From: Cladosporium halotolerans
Taxonomy: Eukaryota
Direction of reading: 5' to 3'
NCBI RefSeq assembly: GCF_011745625.1
Contig: NW_027191457.1
Span: 372,001-436,000 of the forward strand
Length of the DNA stretch: 64,000 nucleotides
A model generated the notes under the pieces. That model had not been told where the DNA came from. It saw only the letters and a list, made by a program, of their open reading frames with translations, and searched no databases. The position numbers and the translations under genes were made by a program. Positions 12,787 to 27,861 of this stretch are shown one piece after another. How positions within the stretch are numbered: the stretch's first letter is position 1; the number at the start of each line of letters is the position of its first letter.

Positions 12787-15402
12787 CTAAGCAGCGAAAC
12801 GTAACTCCCGCTCACCGAGTACCGCAGCGCGTACTTGCAGCACCGCGACCAACTCGAGCACAAATTCTTGCAGTACCACAACATTCGTCAGAACGTGGTT
12901 GAGACTTGCTGACCGCTGGGCTTCAGCATCTTCACCGCCAAACGTAATCTTTTGCATCAGCACGTCAGTGGTAGATGGTGTCTCTGGAGGAGGCGGCTGG
13001 AAAATAGAGCGGGCAGGCTGGGGCGTGGCGGGATGAGACGACACAGATTCTGTCGCAGGTGCCCTGTTGTTGCCTTCAGCGGGACGCTCGCCTGCAGGCG
13101 ACACAGCGGAGCTGTGGTCAGCCGATTGGTCACCTGACGAGACGTCCGTCGCCTTGGGGCGGCCTCTTCTTGCAGATGATGTGCTTGACCCACGACTGTG
13201 ACCGGTCTGCTGTGGCCTTGGGACGAGAGGCTCCAGGTGTGTTGGCATCGGGCTGCCCGAGAGCGAGTGAGGATCGGGGACGGATGCGTCGAGGCTAGCG
13301 GCTTGTAGCATGTTCTTGCGGCCCGAAATCAGCTGATCGAGGTTGGGGACCGATTCTCGTACCGTGGCCAACTCGGTTGCAAGAGATTCAAGCACGTTGT
13401 GTACGATGGGTGCCCTGTCTTCAGACCAGACTGGCCGACGTGTCGCCTGTTCCAAGGCTGTCAAGGCGGCAACCTCGTCTTCCTCCGTATAAGCCAACCA
13501 TGACTTCTTGGCCCCGGAGCCGGGTCCGTGGTCAAAGGCGTAGTGTGCAGCCTCCAGGGCGAACCAAATGTCGAGGCGGATTTCAACGCATGATGCTATA
13601 GAGATAAGCACTTGTGTGAGCGCTAAGTTGACATCAATGCTATTGGTGAAAAAGGAGCGCAATAATGCCGCTAATAAGCGCATGAAGGCATCTTCCTTGT
13701 GAAGGATCTTCACGTTGACCGGCTGATGCGCGTGGGCAGCCTTTTGGTCAGCTGCCGATTGCCCGGGGAACGCCTGTGTTTCGACAGTGTTACGAACGTC
13801 CTCGGCTAGGCCAGCGTATGCCTCGTCAATACCAAGCTCGTGCAGCGATACTGCCAGGTCGGTATACCGCTCAAGCTCCACCTCATGATCGCCAGCACTT
13901 CGCAAAGTCTCATGCACGGAGACCTGATGCGCTTTCAGTAAAGTACCGAAGGCGTACTTCTTGTGGCGGTTGATGATGGTGGAAGCCAGGCTGAGCGCTG
14001 CGTACACGGTGGAGTCGTTGTTTGAGCTAAGACTGTTGGAGATCAGATCCACGAGGTTGAACAAGGTAGGCTCCACCGCGTCATCGGGATCTTTCGTAGC
14101 GGCTAGCAACATAAGGCTCTGTCTCCGTTTGACAGCAGTTGGTGAGCGAGGAGGCTCGCTTGATCTGCGCTCTCTCGAGAGCTCCATATCTGCGGGCGTG
14201 GGTGCATCACGTATCGCCAGGAGGTATGCAAGGATGTTGTGTATCAGATCCGGATAATCGAGTGCCGCAAGGATCGTCGTCACGTATGTGAGCACCGCAA
14301 CAGAACTTCCTGCATCTGTGTCGCTCGATTGAAGAATGGATGGATACAGGAGCTGTTGCAAGAACAGGATCTGAAAGTGATCGAGCAGAGTCTGCTTGAC
14401 ATCTGCACTTCGACAGTGGTCGAGGACGTCCTGCCAGAATGCCAGGTAGGAGAGGAAAGTAGCAATGTGAGCCTTGTGCCGATCCGAGAACGCTGATTCC
14501 GCTGTTGCCCGAGGATGCGTCGTGCTGTAGTCGCTCATAGCGAGCACAGCAGGTAAAGTAGCGTCGGGATGCAGAATACTCAGCTCTCGACTGAGTTGAC
14601 TGTATAATGCTCCCAGCCCGGACGCCATCAGGGTGGGCAGATCGCTCGATACTACCCACTCCTCCAAGTCAGACGACCGCCCTGTTGCCTCAAATATGTA
14701 CAGTAGCCCGGTCCTCGCGAAGTCACCGATTCGGCCATCATGATGCACTCGGTCGATGAGCAGGTAGCAGAGAGGGAAGTCATCCTTCTGGCTAATCCCA
14801 ACGAATCCCTTTTTCTCTTTGACGGTGGGATAGTCAAGGTCCGGTTTGGCCGACGATGCAAACCAGACAGGTAGGATATCTGGCTGCAAGCGAATCTTAG
14901 CCGCGACTGTGAAGAGCAGCTCCAAGATCGCAGTCTCCGTGTCCAGCTCGAGGAGAACGTTCCCAGTGTCCACAACCCTTGTGACCAACCGCATCAAGCT
15001 CTTGGCGAATGGCTGGCTCGACAAGAAATCCTCCTCTTCGCTGTCGACCAATGTTGCCAGCAGGGTGATCGTCGAATGTATGAGGCCCTCGTGGTGCCCG
15101 ACTATGGCCGCCCTGGTGACCGTCACGTATATCTGGTTGGAAGCCGCATACTGCAAGCACAGATGCGGCGCCGGCGCCCTCGTCTCCTCGCGGATGAGCT
15201 GCGAAAGTCGGTCGAAGAGCTTCTTCAGCTCGTCAAGCGTGATAGCCTCCTTGGCGAGGTTCCGTGGGCGATTGCATAGCTGTTGAACCGCAGCGTACGC
15301 TTTCTTAAAGCGTGCGAGGCGGGCCCGTGGGTCGTGTACGTGTTGTGCTGGAGCCTTCCTTGGGGCGTAGGAGCCTCCTATCAGCCGTGACCAGAAGTCC
15401 AT
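12787..15402 (-). CDS. FHIP / RAI16-like protein (FTS-Hook-FHIP dynein adaptor complex)
   Basis: 871-aa ORF beginning MDFWSRLIG, with HHDGRIGDFARTGLLY, MASGLGALYSQL and C-terminal LTNVVVLQEFVLELVAVLQVRA. Confidence 0.85.
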   Translation of the reverse strand: MDFWSRLIGGSYAPRKAPAQHVHDPRARLARFKKAYAAVQQLCNRPRNLAKEAITLDELKKLFDRLSQLIREETRAPAPHLCLQYAASNQIYVTVTRAAIVGHHEGLIHSTITLLATLVDSEEEDFLSSQPFAKSLMRLVTRVVDTGNVLLELDTETAILELLFTVAAKIRLQPDILPVWFASSAKPDLDYPTVKEKKGFVGISQKDDFPLCYLLIDRVHHDGRIGDFARTGLLYIFEATGRSSDLEEWVVSSDLPTLMASGLGALYSQLSRELSILHPDATLPAVLAMSDYSTTHPRATAESAFSDRHKAHIATFLSYLAFWQDVLDHCRSADVKQTLLDHFQILFLQQLLYPSILQSSDTDAGSSVAVLTYVTTILAALDYPDLIHNILAYLLAIRDAPTPADMELSRERRSSEPPRSPTAVKRRQSLMLLAATKDPDDAVEPTLFNLVDLISNSLSSNNDSTVYAALSLASTIINRHKKYAFGTLLKAHQVSVHETLRSAGDHEVELERYTDLAVSLHELGIDEAYAGLAEDVRNTVETQAFPGQSAADQKAAHAHQPVNVKILHKEDAFMRLLAALLRSFFTNSIDVNLALTQVLISIASCVEIRLDIWFALEAAHYAFDHGPGSGAKKSWLAYTEEDEVAALTALEQATRRPVWSEDRAPIVHNVLESLATELATVRESVPNLDQLISGRKNMLQAASLDASVPDPHSLSGSPMPTHLEPLVPRPQQTGHSRGSSTSSARRGRPKATDVSSGDQSADHSSAVSPAGERPAEGNNRAPATESVSSHPATPQPARSIFQPPPPETPSTTDVLMQKITFGGEDAEAQRSASLNHVLTNVVVLQEFVLELVAVLQVRAAVLGERELRFAA

Positions 15403-17278
15403 AGCATGCCGCGGCGCATGTTGACGCCAGCAAGGGTACCGGGAGGCGTGAAGCCGACTGTCTGGCCGGAGGTGATCGCGAAATGCGCGGGCTTCACCAG
15501 CCTAGCGCGGAGAGGCAGCGACCGGCGGGCTTCCCAGAAACGTGATCTGAGCTGGAAGGCAACCTCACTACGATAACATGGATATGGATATGCATGCGCA
15601 CGGACAGGATCTCGATGGTCGGTCTCATCATTCTCATCGGCCACGAGATCCAGCATCGTGTCAGATTGCCTCCTCCCCTGCATCGGCCTCTCGAACTCTC
15701 CCACCTCACGGCTGAACGTGCTGCAGTGAGACGAAGGATGCACGACGATAAGGCGCTCAAGACGAGATCATGTTTCGCAGGCCTTGTGCATATATTGTCA
15801 CAGTCAAGCTCATCTCAATGGCAACGAGCGCGAAATGCCGATAATAATCTGGGCTGCTGGCATTGCAGGACGGGAGGTGCATGCAAGCACGATGCCGCCA
15901 TCCGGGAAGCTTCCTATTTGCTAAGGTACACAGCGTTCAAGGCAACCACTATTTTTGCGCCACGCTTCTTGAGTTGCCTATGACCGAGCTTGTGTACCTC
16001 CAAACCGAGCCGCTGGGGCCTCGTGGAACGATCGCAGTCTCCTGAGTATCTCAACGGTGACAAATCGCAATGCTCGCGTGAATGATATCTCAATTCCTCA
16101 TTGCTATATAAATCACGCTATCCATATAGAAGTGCAACAAGGTCGCCTCGTCCAAGGTTGATCTGTCCGCCCCCACACTCATACGAACATGCAGTGTGTC
16201 AACGCATCATTTCGCTTCAATGCACCGTGATGAGCTAAGTCTGTCTCTCCCAGGACGGAGATGCCTTTGCACGCCGCCTGTGCGACGCCGCGCTACCTCG
16301 CCAAAAGCAATTGGACGGCTGAACGACTTCCGTGGACTTGAGGCCTGGGTGCAAGCCCCAGAAAGGCCGTTTCTCTGGTCAACATTCACTCTTGCTGACC
16401 TTCGCAGAGGATGCCTTGCATGCGAACAAAAGCGAAGGAGTGACGCTCACTGCACGCCACCCTTACACCATGATGGAGCGCTTCTCTTCTGTGGACTGAG
16501 CATGCCTTTCCACGTTCTCAGCCAAACCTGTGGCTTCGATCCTTGTGAACGTCAGCTCCGGCGGGTGCGGCATGCACACAGAGCCTAGCCTATGATTTGG
16601 CGCCCTGCCTTCCTTCGAGAAGCAGTAGTGCGAGAACGATGATGCATACGGGCCGCCGCCCACCTAGGACGCAAGCACGCATACGTGCGCAACGGACGCA
16701 CAATCAAAGCAAGGCCAGCATCTGGAACGCAAGCCACGAAGGCGAACGGTAATCGAGTGCTATCGATGGCGCGGCATGTCAGTGGTAGGCCTTTCAGCCT
16801 GCTCATAGTCGACCACACGTAAGATGTGAGGCAAATCATCAGCAGGCGGCATGATTCAAATAAAGGCATCGCAGCATGTGTGGGTGAGAAAGTCCCTTCA
16901 ACAGCCGCCACTCTCGTGTTGCAGTGGGGCTTGCAGCAACGCCGTAGTGCTTCATCAGACGAGGCCGCCTTGTTGGAAGGCAAACCCACAGGACGCGGAA
17001 GGTTGCCTCGTTTTTCATCACATGAGACAGCAGCCCCCGCACCCTCTACCTGCCAAGCTCAGGGTACCTTGGTCTCGATCATGGCTCTGGCTTTGGTCTA
17101 CGTTCGACGATGTGATGTGTTATATCTCGTGCCGCCTACGCATCTCGTGTCGTATTGTACTTCCCACTACGTTCGTCGGCGTCACAAGGGCGTACATTGT
17201 CTGTGAGTAAGCCTCCCTCTCATCGCGAAATCGGAGCCGCACCCGACCCCAGCCAACTCGTCACCCTGATGAGCTTGC

Positions 17279-17285
17279 TATAAAA
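17279..17285 (+). promoter_or_regulatory. TATA box for the Est1-type gene
   Basis: TATAAAA about 195 nt upstream of the proposed ATG at 17475. Confidence 0.45.
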
Positions 17286-17474
17286 GAAGGCCATACCGCA
17301 CCACGCGCGACGCGAACCATCGCCAGATCGTACTTCAGCAGATCTTTCGCCTTGTTCTGCGTCGAGGCAGCCTCGCTGTGGTGTCCCGTCACTGACCGGA
17401 ACCAGGCGACACTCCGCGCACTTCCGCTTAGCGCGATTCGTGTTGGGCTGGGCAGCATTCTTGAGGCCACTACT

Positions 17475-20188
17475 ATGCCACCGCGCCCAAGGCACTCTGC
17501 GGACCAGGTGTCGGGGCGCGCCACCTTCGCCAATAGCTCCAAGACGGCAGGTGAAAGGACCCATCGGCAGAGTCATCGGAAACACCGCGGGCCGTCGATT
17601 CGCAGATCAACGACATTTCGTTCGCACGAGGCGACCTCCGCCCTGTGAGTACTCTCTGCATCAAGCGCTACCTGTTCCGCCATTTTCGGAATCCGCCTTT
17701 TTGCCTCGCAATCTCCGCCGCCCTCCTACGCCCCAGGCTGACCGATCTGTCGAGCAGAGGACCACAATATAGTCGTGAGCTCTGCGGCAGTCCCCAGCCA
17801 TGCAGGCCACAACTTTCACCATCATCTTGCGGCTCCATGCTCAGCAACAGAGATGACCTGACGCCAGAAGCGGACTCGTCTCAAGATGAGTCCCCAGGGT
17901 CCCAGCCTGCGGCCGCAACCTTCTCCCGACTTCGTATCAAGGCTGAAACGCCACCTTCACACGAACATCAGCGAAAGTCACCGTTCCCCCAAAAGCGCCC
18001 TGCTAATGGATCCAATCATGCTCCATGTCAGAAATACCAGAAGCATGAGTCCTGGCATGGCTCAGCGTCGCAAAGCTCATTTCGTGATGGGAGGCCTCGG
18101 GCAGTAAGCCGAGAAGCTGTGCCGAAAACTGCAAAGGATGATCGACACGATTCTCTCTTTGAATTGAAGGAGGTGCGGAGCCCCATGCCTGCTGTGATGG
18201 AAGCCTTGCTGATCGTATGTTCAAAGTCGAAAACCTCACTTCAAGTCTATCGAGAGGAGTTTGCCGATCCAAACTCAACTCTGATACCTCAAGACTCGCT
18301 GCATCTGCGTGGAAAGAGACGATGGGCTGGCATTGATCTGCAACCCGAGTTTTCGCCCATTTCCCAAGAGCAACTCGCTACCGAGGTCAAAGGCATCTAT
18401 GCCGGCTTGGTCATGGTAGAAGCCAAGTGTATCAACATCGACTCCCAAAAGGCGTCGCATCCTGATGAGCCCATTGATGCCGACCAGTGGCAGTCGCTTG
18501 TTGCAATTCATAGAACGTTACTTTATGAACACCATGACTTCCTCATGGCGACGCAGCATCCCTCGGCCAATCCAGCTCTGCTTGGCCTTGCAACAAAATA
18601 CTCCATGCCTGCTCGCATGTGGAAGCATGGTATTCACGCTTTCCTTGAAGTACTCAGACACCGAAGGCCAGATTCTCAAGAGTACATGCTGGCCTTCATC
18701 TACCTGGCCTATCAAATGATTTCTCTGCTTCTCGAGACCGTGCCTGGGTTCAAGGATACTTGGATCGAATGTCTTGGTGACCTGGCACGGTACCGCATGG
18801 CCATTGAAGAGGACAGAGAGATCCATAATATCTGGGGTGGGACAGCCGGGAGGTGGTATACGCTTGCTGCTGACAGGAATCCATCGGTTGGGCGGCTCTA
18901 TCATCATTCCGGTATCTTGGAAAGGCCTTCTTTGCGCAAGTTTTACTTGTATGCACGGGCGCTAACCTCCGTCTTTCCTTTTCCGAACGCAAAAGAATCA
19001 TTAGGAACGCTCTGCATTCCGATGCTGGAAGACGAACACGCACGAAACAACGCCATTCATTCCGCAGAGTGGATGACGATCTGCTTTCAGGCCGGAGTCT
19101 TTCTTAATCGTGAGACTGAGCAAACTCAAAAAGATGGCAGGGTAGCCGTCAAGCTGCTGACCGAACAGAGTAGCGCCAAGTTCGCCGTCTATGGTGTATC
19201 TCTAGCTGTAACCAACATAGCAGCTTTGTTTGGCTTCGGGGTCCCGGAGAATGTGCACCGCCAACTCTATGAATCGGCTCTCAACAGAGAAAGTCTGGAC
19301 TCGCGCCCATCGCGGGAAGACACGTTGACGCCACAATCTTCTACCGACAATCTGCTCATCGACCTGAAGCGAGCTCAACGCCCCTTGGATTCCGCCTATG
19401 ATTTCTGCTTTCATGTTTTCAACATTACCATACGTCGTGCGAAGTCCAGAGACTCACTATGTGACTTCCTTCCTCACGTGCACATTACTCTTATCTTTTT
19501 AAACAGTATCAGCACCCTACGATCTCGGCTCACCTCAGACGAAACCCATATATATACGACCGAGGCCAATCTATTCGACACCACCATGGTCGACTGGACG
19601 GCGCTCTCTCATTTCCTTAACATCGTCGCCAATTTCTACCCCATCGCTTCCCGCACTGAATCTTTCGCCGATGGCGAGACGTTCCCCAAAGATGGCAACC
19701 CTCTGCACGAAGACTACCTGATACGCGGACTAGTGTGGTCGCAATGGTATTTTGCTCCCGACTGGTTCGACAACATCAAAGACGACGACGGCTCGCGCTG
19801 CCTGGAGGACGACAGCACGAAACAAAGCCGCGCCGCGAGAGTGCTGTACTTGGGCATGGTCTTGGCCCAGAAGACCGCCTGCCTGAGCTACAACCGCTGC
19901 ACACGGCGGTTCTCGGCCTCTTCGCCTTCCAGCGAGGACGCCATGGACACCGCTCGCAGCAGCGACGAGTCGCCCTTCGACGGCGACTATGTGCTCGTGC
20001 CCGAGGACGTGGCCGCGGAGTCACAGTCCCACAAATCATACGTACGTCCTTCGCGTTCGCAAGAGCGGGCTGGCACCACACCCAACCGACAGCAGCAGCG
20101 GCAGTCGATTCTGAAGGCGGAGCAAAAACACCATACGGACGCCCGCGTGCAGATTGTAAGTAGCGGAGAGGAGGTAGGGTGGGCTTGA
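17475..20188 (+). CDS. Est1/SMG6-type TPR DNA/RNA-binding-domain protein; exon 1 17475-17644, intron 17645-17757, possible in-frame 54-nt intron near 18173
   Basis: Core EVKGIYAGLVMVEAKC..HRTLLYEHHDF..YSMPARMWKHGIHAFLE..WIECLGDLARYRMAIE..GRLYHH. A GTGAGT..CTGAC..CAG intron joins ATG 17475 in frame to the long ORF. Confidence 0.8.
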
Positions 20189-20717
20189 CGACGAGAGGAG
20201 ACGACGAGAGGCTAGCTTGTGAATAGCTGCAGTCCTGACTTGGTGCGAGATCACAGGGGGTGTGCGGAGCGGAGCTGGCGGTGCATTGCAGCCCGATTCC
20301 TCCTTGTACATGCAGACCTGGCGCTGCTTTGCCGCGCAGCCGTTCGCGGGCTGTGATCGACGTCGATATTAGCCTGCCGGTGAAAAGCGCTTCAAATCAA
20401 AATTTCGAAATACTACGGTACGCCTCAAGTCACAGCTCCGCCTTGCGGAGCTGGATTTCTCAGGCTTTTGAGGCATAGCCATGCCTCCTAAACCAACGCC
20501 TTCCATCCTGAGGTTGCAATGCATGAGCCAAAAAAAGTCCCACGCTAATGTGATGGCAAGCACCCTTTGATTGGCCGAAGAATGTCCCCGTCTTCGATGC
20601 CATCCACGTTGCGAATAACCACCCCAAACCAAGTTCCCAAGTCCCAATGAAAGCCTCGACCTCGCCCAAACCCCCATCAGGCCGTTGCCCCTTTCCCTCC
20701 CCTCCCATTCCCAACCA

Positions 20718-21749
20718 TCAACGCACCCGATAAATGCCTCCTTTCCCCTCCTCAAAATGCTCACGCCACCCCTCCCCATCCAACATCGGCACCCCACGCA
20801 CCGCCGCCAAAGCCGCCAACAACTCAAAAATCAGCTCCTTCGGCAGCTCATCCGCACTCGAGAGCTCCGCGAAATCCTCGAACGGCGCCGCCTTCGCGGT
20901 GAAATCCATCAGCAAGCGGCGCAGCGGGCTCTCGGCGCCGCGGCAGCGCTCGAAAGCGTAGACCAGCGCTTCGCCCGGCGTGGTCATGTCGTAGCCGAGG
21001 CGCTGGCCGAGGAGGTCGATGACGGCGTTGCAGAGGGCGGGGATCTGCAGGTGTTCGGCGAAGGTGTAGATTTTGGTCAGGGTGAGGGCGTCGAGGGGCG
21101 TGTGCGGGGAGCGCGAGGGTTGAGGGTTGAAAGTTTCCGAGCGGGCATCGTCGTCGTCGTCGTTGTCGGGGAGAGTGCCGTCGTAGTAGGTGAAGGTTCC
21201 GTCTTGGGTTTCGACTTCGTAGGAGATCTCTTCGTTCGTGTTCTTCTGGAATGGCTGGCTTGACACGGACTCGTCGGCTGAGTTGGGGGACTTCTCGGTC
21301 TCGAAGAGGATGTCGCCGGTGTAGAGCCACTCCTGGATGCGTTCGAAGATCTTCGGGTCTTCGTGGGGAAAGGTGAATGATTGCAGCTTGGGATCCTTCT
21401 TCAGCTCCGCGCGGAAGAAGCGAGACTTGGAGCACAGATGACCACGGTGGGTCTCAAAGGTGTCGAGGCCGTCTTCCTCGGTGCCCACGATGATTTTGAT
21501 CGTCCTGTAGAAGCGGCTGCGGGTGTCTTCACTGCTGAGATACGTGTTAGAATATATCTGGAGAAAATTACTGGCTGAGAATACTCACATTTCGTCGAAG
21601 GCACGCTTGGCGGACTTCTGTGGCGTAGGACTCAAGACGGACAAGGTGGGCGAAGTGGCCGTTGGCGATTCCAAGATTTCGGTTGAGGCGTCGGCCGTAG
21701 TAGGCGTAGTGATGCCGCCGGCTTTGGTCGAGAAGATGGTTGAGAACAT
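20718..21749 (-). CDS. BTB/POZ-domain protein; intron 21535-21588
   Basis: IKIIVG..FETHRGHLCSKSRFFRA..EDPKIFERIQEWLYTG..IYTFAEHLQIPALCN; canonical intron. Confidence 0.85.
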
Positions 21750-22061
21750 GCTTGCAACGTCGAAACAGTCTAAATAGCTAGACCAAAGGTAGCAATAGCG
21801 GTGGAACAAAGGGTCTGCAGCCTAGCGCAAAAGAAGTTGAGGGGTTGGGTGAAGAGAGCAGGTCTCGTGGAAGGAAGTTGACGACTTTCTGAAACGCTTG
21901 GTGGGCAGAATTGCATCCATGGGCTCTTGACGTAAGAAAGACTGGAGTGAATAGAGTCTGAGGTGAATGTAGTCTGCATTCGGCCGCAAGGTAACAGCGC
22001 AAGACGTGAAGTGCTTCACAGACATCATTTTAGCAGAAGTGAATACGGTAAAACGCAACCA

Positions 22062-22787
22062 CTATGCACCCTTCCTTGCACTTCTCTCCTCGTTCTGCTC
22101 CTTCACCGCAGCGGCAACAGTTCCATAGGCATCCCACAGAATCCAAAGCGGAATGAACACCCACAAGGTGTTGAAGAAGAACAGATAAAGCCACGTAAAC
22201 ATCCAGCTCGAAGTGTCCAGATTGGGGCTACCGCTCAACCACTCGGGCATGAAAGTCATCCAGCCGCCGTACAGCTCGCCCGTCGCAAGGACGACCATCC
22301 AGAAGCTGGCGTCACTGCGCTTGTTCTTCAAGCAATAGCATATCCATACAGCTAAAGGGCCCGCGACGAAGACCGTCAGGAGCTCCAGACTGATGACCGT
22401 CAGATCGCTCCCGCCCCATCGTTTGTCGGCCCTAGCATATTCCCTCCAAAGCGCGCTCATGGGCGAAGAACCGTAAGATGCTCCATAGACTCTTTCATGG
22501 TCGCCGAGGAAGAAGACATTTGGCGGGAGGTATTCGGATGCGACTACGCCGGCTTCAGCGAGAAGGCTGCTGCTAAAGAAGCAGTTGTAGAGGTACCCGC
22601 CCTCGAGGATGAAGTGGATCAATGCATCGGTCGCGTGCCAGATGAAAAGGAAGCGTGTCTTTTTCGAGGCTGAGGCAGGGAGGAGTTGGCGTGAAGAAAT
22701 GTAGCCTAAGACAAGGATTGCGACCGTAGAGATCAGCGACCAGACCGTGGTCAAGCTGACGAGAGTGGGAGCCTCGGTGTCCGACAT
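22062..22787 (-). CDS. EBP/EXPERA-family (emopamil-binding, sterol isomerase-like) membrane protein
   Basis: DALIHFILEG, LWREYARADKRW, ELYGGWMTF, FFNTLWVFIP motifs. Confidence 0.9.
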   Translation of the reverse strand: MSDTEAPTLVSLTTVWSLISTVAILVLGYISSRQLLPASASKKTRFLFIWHATDALIHFILEGGYLYNCFFSSSLLAEAGVVASEYLPPNVFFLGDHERVYGASYGSSPMSALWREYARADKRWGGSDLTVISLELLTVFVAGPLAVWICYCLKNKRSDASFWMVVLATGELYGGWMTFMPEWLSGSPNLDTSSWMFTWLYLFFFNTLWVFIPLWILWDAYGTVAAAVKEQNEERSARKGA

Positions 22788-23055
22788 TGGATTGGCTATA
22801 GGTGGGTGGGTCTATATGCGCAGGTTTGAGTTACGGGAGGATTAAAGTTGTCTTTAGAGCTTGGGGATTCCACGCTTTGCGGACACGCGCGTCGCGATCT
22901 GGCAGTTCGCCCGAGGCTCGACGTTGGGGTCAGCAAACTTGTTGCTAGAATACATAGGTAGACACGACACACAGACACAATGGATGCTTTCATAGCGACG
23001 CTCGGATCTAAAACCACACCTCAGTACCACATGGATATTCTATCTATGCACGCAT

Positions 23056-24994
<1,939 letters not shown>

Positions 24995-26618
24995 TCAGCT
25001 TCTGCCGTCGGCCTTTCTCTGCATGTCAGCGCTGGACCAGTGGCGCAATGCCCTGCGATTTCCTCCGTCCTCTCCCACCCCGGCTGCGCGCCGTCTCGAT
25101 CGTCGTCGACAGCAGGAAGATGACTCGCGCCCTGGTCAACGGAATGGCCGGCGTGTCGCGTGTGCTGCGGCGTACATGTTGCATCCGCGAGCGCATGGAT
25201 GCCCGCAGGCCAAGGCTCAGCGCCGTAATGGCCGAATCCTGAGCATCACACCTCGGCCGCACTTTCGGTCCACTTTTGACCGGCCCACTACCGCTCCACT
25301 TCCCCACGGGCAGCCAACGTTAGCAGTGCGGAGGTGGAGACCAAGATCGAGTTCGCATTTGGTAGGTACATTAGTCTGATATCAGGGCGATCTTCCTCAC
25401 GTCAAACGTCCATACATGACCGCGAGTGAAAGAGACCCGACCTGGCACAGCATTATGACAGTACGAAGCACGACGCGGGGGCCGCATTCTCCGAGGGTCC
25501 CAAGAGAAACTATATCCGGCCGGCTCAAGCAGTAATGCTACTGCACAAGGCTCGTTGCCCTATTCGAGACAAGCAGCCGCCACTCAGAAGTCTCCCGCAC
25601 TGGCAGCGTTGGCAGTGCTACCGTGCCTGTCAACCGAACGAACATCTTTCCAGCTGCAGGCCGCCTTACACAGCGGGGAACCTGGACAGTGTGCATACCG
25701 AATGGGAGGTAACGGGAACGCTTAGGAATCACGCAGCATCTTCTAGGCCTCGCGACTTCAACAGCGAGAGTCGTTCAACTTTTCATCGGATGTTGCTGGG
25801 AGACCCAAAAAAGGTTCATTTGTGGGTGATCACAGCGACGCTTCGACTCCAGGACTACTTCTCACCATCCGCTACAAATCTACAACGGCTTGTCGTTCAA
25901 TCCGCCCAGCTCTTGGACCTACCGGAACTACCGCTACGTACACCCGCACCTGTCGCTATCCGCGCGTCAGCATAAGCGGGATAGCTTTGGGTCGCATCAA
26001 CCGGTGCCACACGGAACGAGCATTGTCTCGAGGCGACTAGGTCCTGCGGGGCCTCACGACGCTATTGCAATTGTCCAATGCCACGCGCGACCATGTTTGG
26101 ATCCAGGCGACAGTCCTCAGATCCGGTCTGTTCCTTTAGTCCGACTGCATGATGCCCAGCGGTTCCAGACAGCCCAGATTCGGGTGTGAGCCCGGTCAAC
26201 GTTTCGGTGCAGAGCGTTGATTCCACCACGATCTCCTTTCAGAGGTCTCTTGAGGGCTTGCACCTTCTCAAGACGTATTAGTTTCATCTACCCTCGGCGT
26301 TAACGCGCATGTCAGGTTCGATCCCACGCAGCTGACGAACCGCACCACAGCGAGGCTTGCTTTGGGGGGCTTGTATGACTGAGGTATCCAATCAAGTGCT
26401 TGAGCCAATTGCCGCTCACTCAGACCTGCTAGGATATCGCCGGCTTCCATCCTTCTCGGCTCGTGTGAGGAGTCGAGAAGTCGCAGATGCTGGGCATCGT
26501 TGTTATATCGTTCCGAATGGTTGGCCTTATATCTGAGTCTTAGTCCCACCATCAGCAGCGTCAACCATCCTTACCATTGAGCTTAACCAGATTGGGATCT
26601 TTAGCAAAACTAGTTGCC

Positions 26619-27861
26619 ATGGACATCGCGAAAGATATATCGCCGCTAAGCCCGGTTGACATACAAGTCAGTCACGTCGAACACAAGAGAACCGGGTCCA
26701 ATGAGACAAAGGGAACATCGATCTTCGCGGAAACTGGGCCAACGATCGATCGAAGCAAGACAAGAGAAGCCTTCACAAAGTCCAAATCGTCGAATCCTGG
26801 CTTGACATGGCCTCGGATCAGGCATGCGTTGAGAGAGCCCTTCTCCGAGTTCATGGGAACGTTCATCCTGATCATGTTCGGTGATGGTGTCGTGGCTCAG
26901 GTCGTGCTCAGCAATGGGGAGAAGGGAGACTATCAGTCCATCTCATGGGGATGGGTAAGTGGTCGTGTCATCTTCTCTTGCTCGGTTATCATCGCTGACC
27001 TGACTGACAGGGACTCGGTGTCATGCTCGGTGTGTACGCATCTGGCATCTCTGGAGCTCACATCAACCCTGCCGTTACTTTCGCCAATTGTGTCTTTCGC
27101 AAGTTTCCTTGGCGTAAGTTTCCAATCTACACACTCGCTCAAGTCCTAGGAGCAATGTGCGCCTCAGGCGTCGTCTATGCCAACTATAAGTCCGCTATCG
27201 ACACCTTTGAGGGGGGCGTCGGCATCCGCACCGTCCCTGGATACTCACCCAACGCCAGCGCTGGCATCTTCTGCACCTATCCTGCCGAGTTCATGACCAA
27301 GACCGGCCAATTCTTCTCCGAATTCATCGCTAGCACCTTGCTCATGTTCCTCATTTACGCCCTGAAGGACGACGGGAACATAGGGGCCGGCCCGCTTACC
27401 CCTCTGGGACTATTTTTCGTTATTTTCGGTATTGGAGCATGCTGGGGATGGGAGACGGGATATGCAATAAACCTAGCGCGTGATTTTGGTCCTAGGTTGA
27501 TGAGTTACTTCCTGGGTAAGATATAATAGCAAAAGACCGGTCGAGGGAAAAAGCATACTGATCACACTGCAGGGTACGGACACGAGGTCTGGGCGGCCGG
27601 CAACTACTACTTCTGGGTAAGAGAGGATAGCCCCGCTTCTCATTCACCTGTTCACTGGCTGACAACTCTCAGGTCCCTATGGTGGCGCCGTTCTTGGGAT
27701 GTACCTTCGGCGGGTTCTTGTACGACGCGCTGCTGTTCACCGGAGAAAGTCCGGTCAACACGCCTTACTTAGGCCTGTACCGGTTTATTCCGGGAATGCG
27801 TCATGCCTACGATGGTATCAAGTGGGATCCGGAGACGATGAAGGAGACCAGTCCGGTCTAG
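26619..27861 (+). CDS. Aquaglyceroporin (GlpF/Fps1-like MIP); exons 26619-26954, 27011-27515, 27573-27616, 27673-27861
   Basis: EFMGTFILIMFG, SGAHINPAVT and GYAINLARDFGPRL (NPA/NLA boxes, with the Asp after box 2 typical of glyceroporins); three canonical introns. Confidence 0.93.

Noticed and set aside
17182..17223. Minus-strand mini-ORF MRGRLTHRQCTPL*
   Set aside because: Pro at the a2 position makes a poor CAAX box, and 13 aa is short for a precursor.
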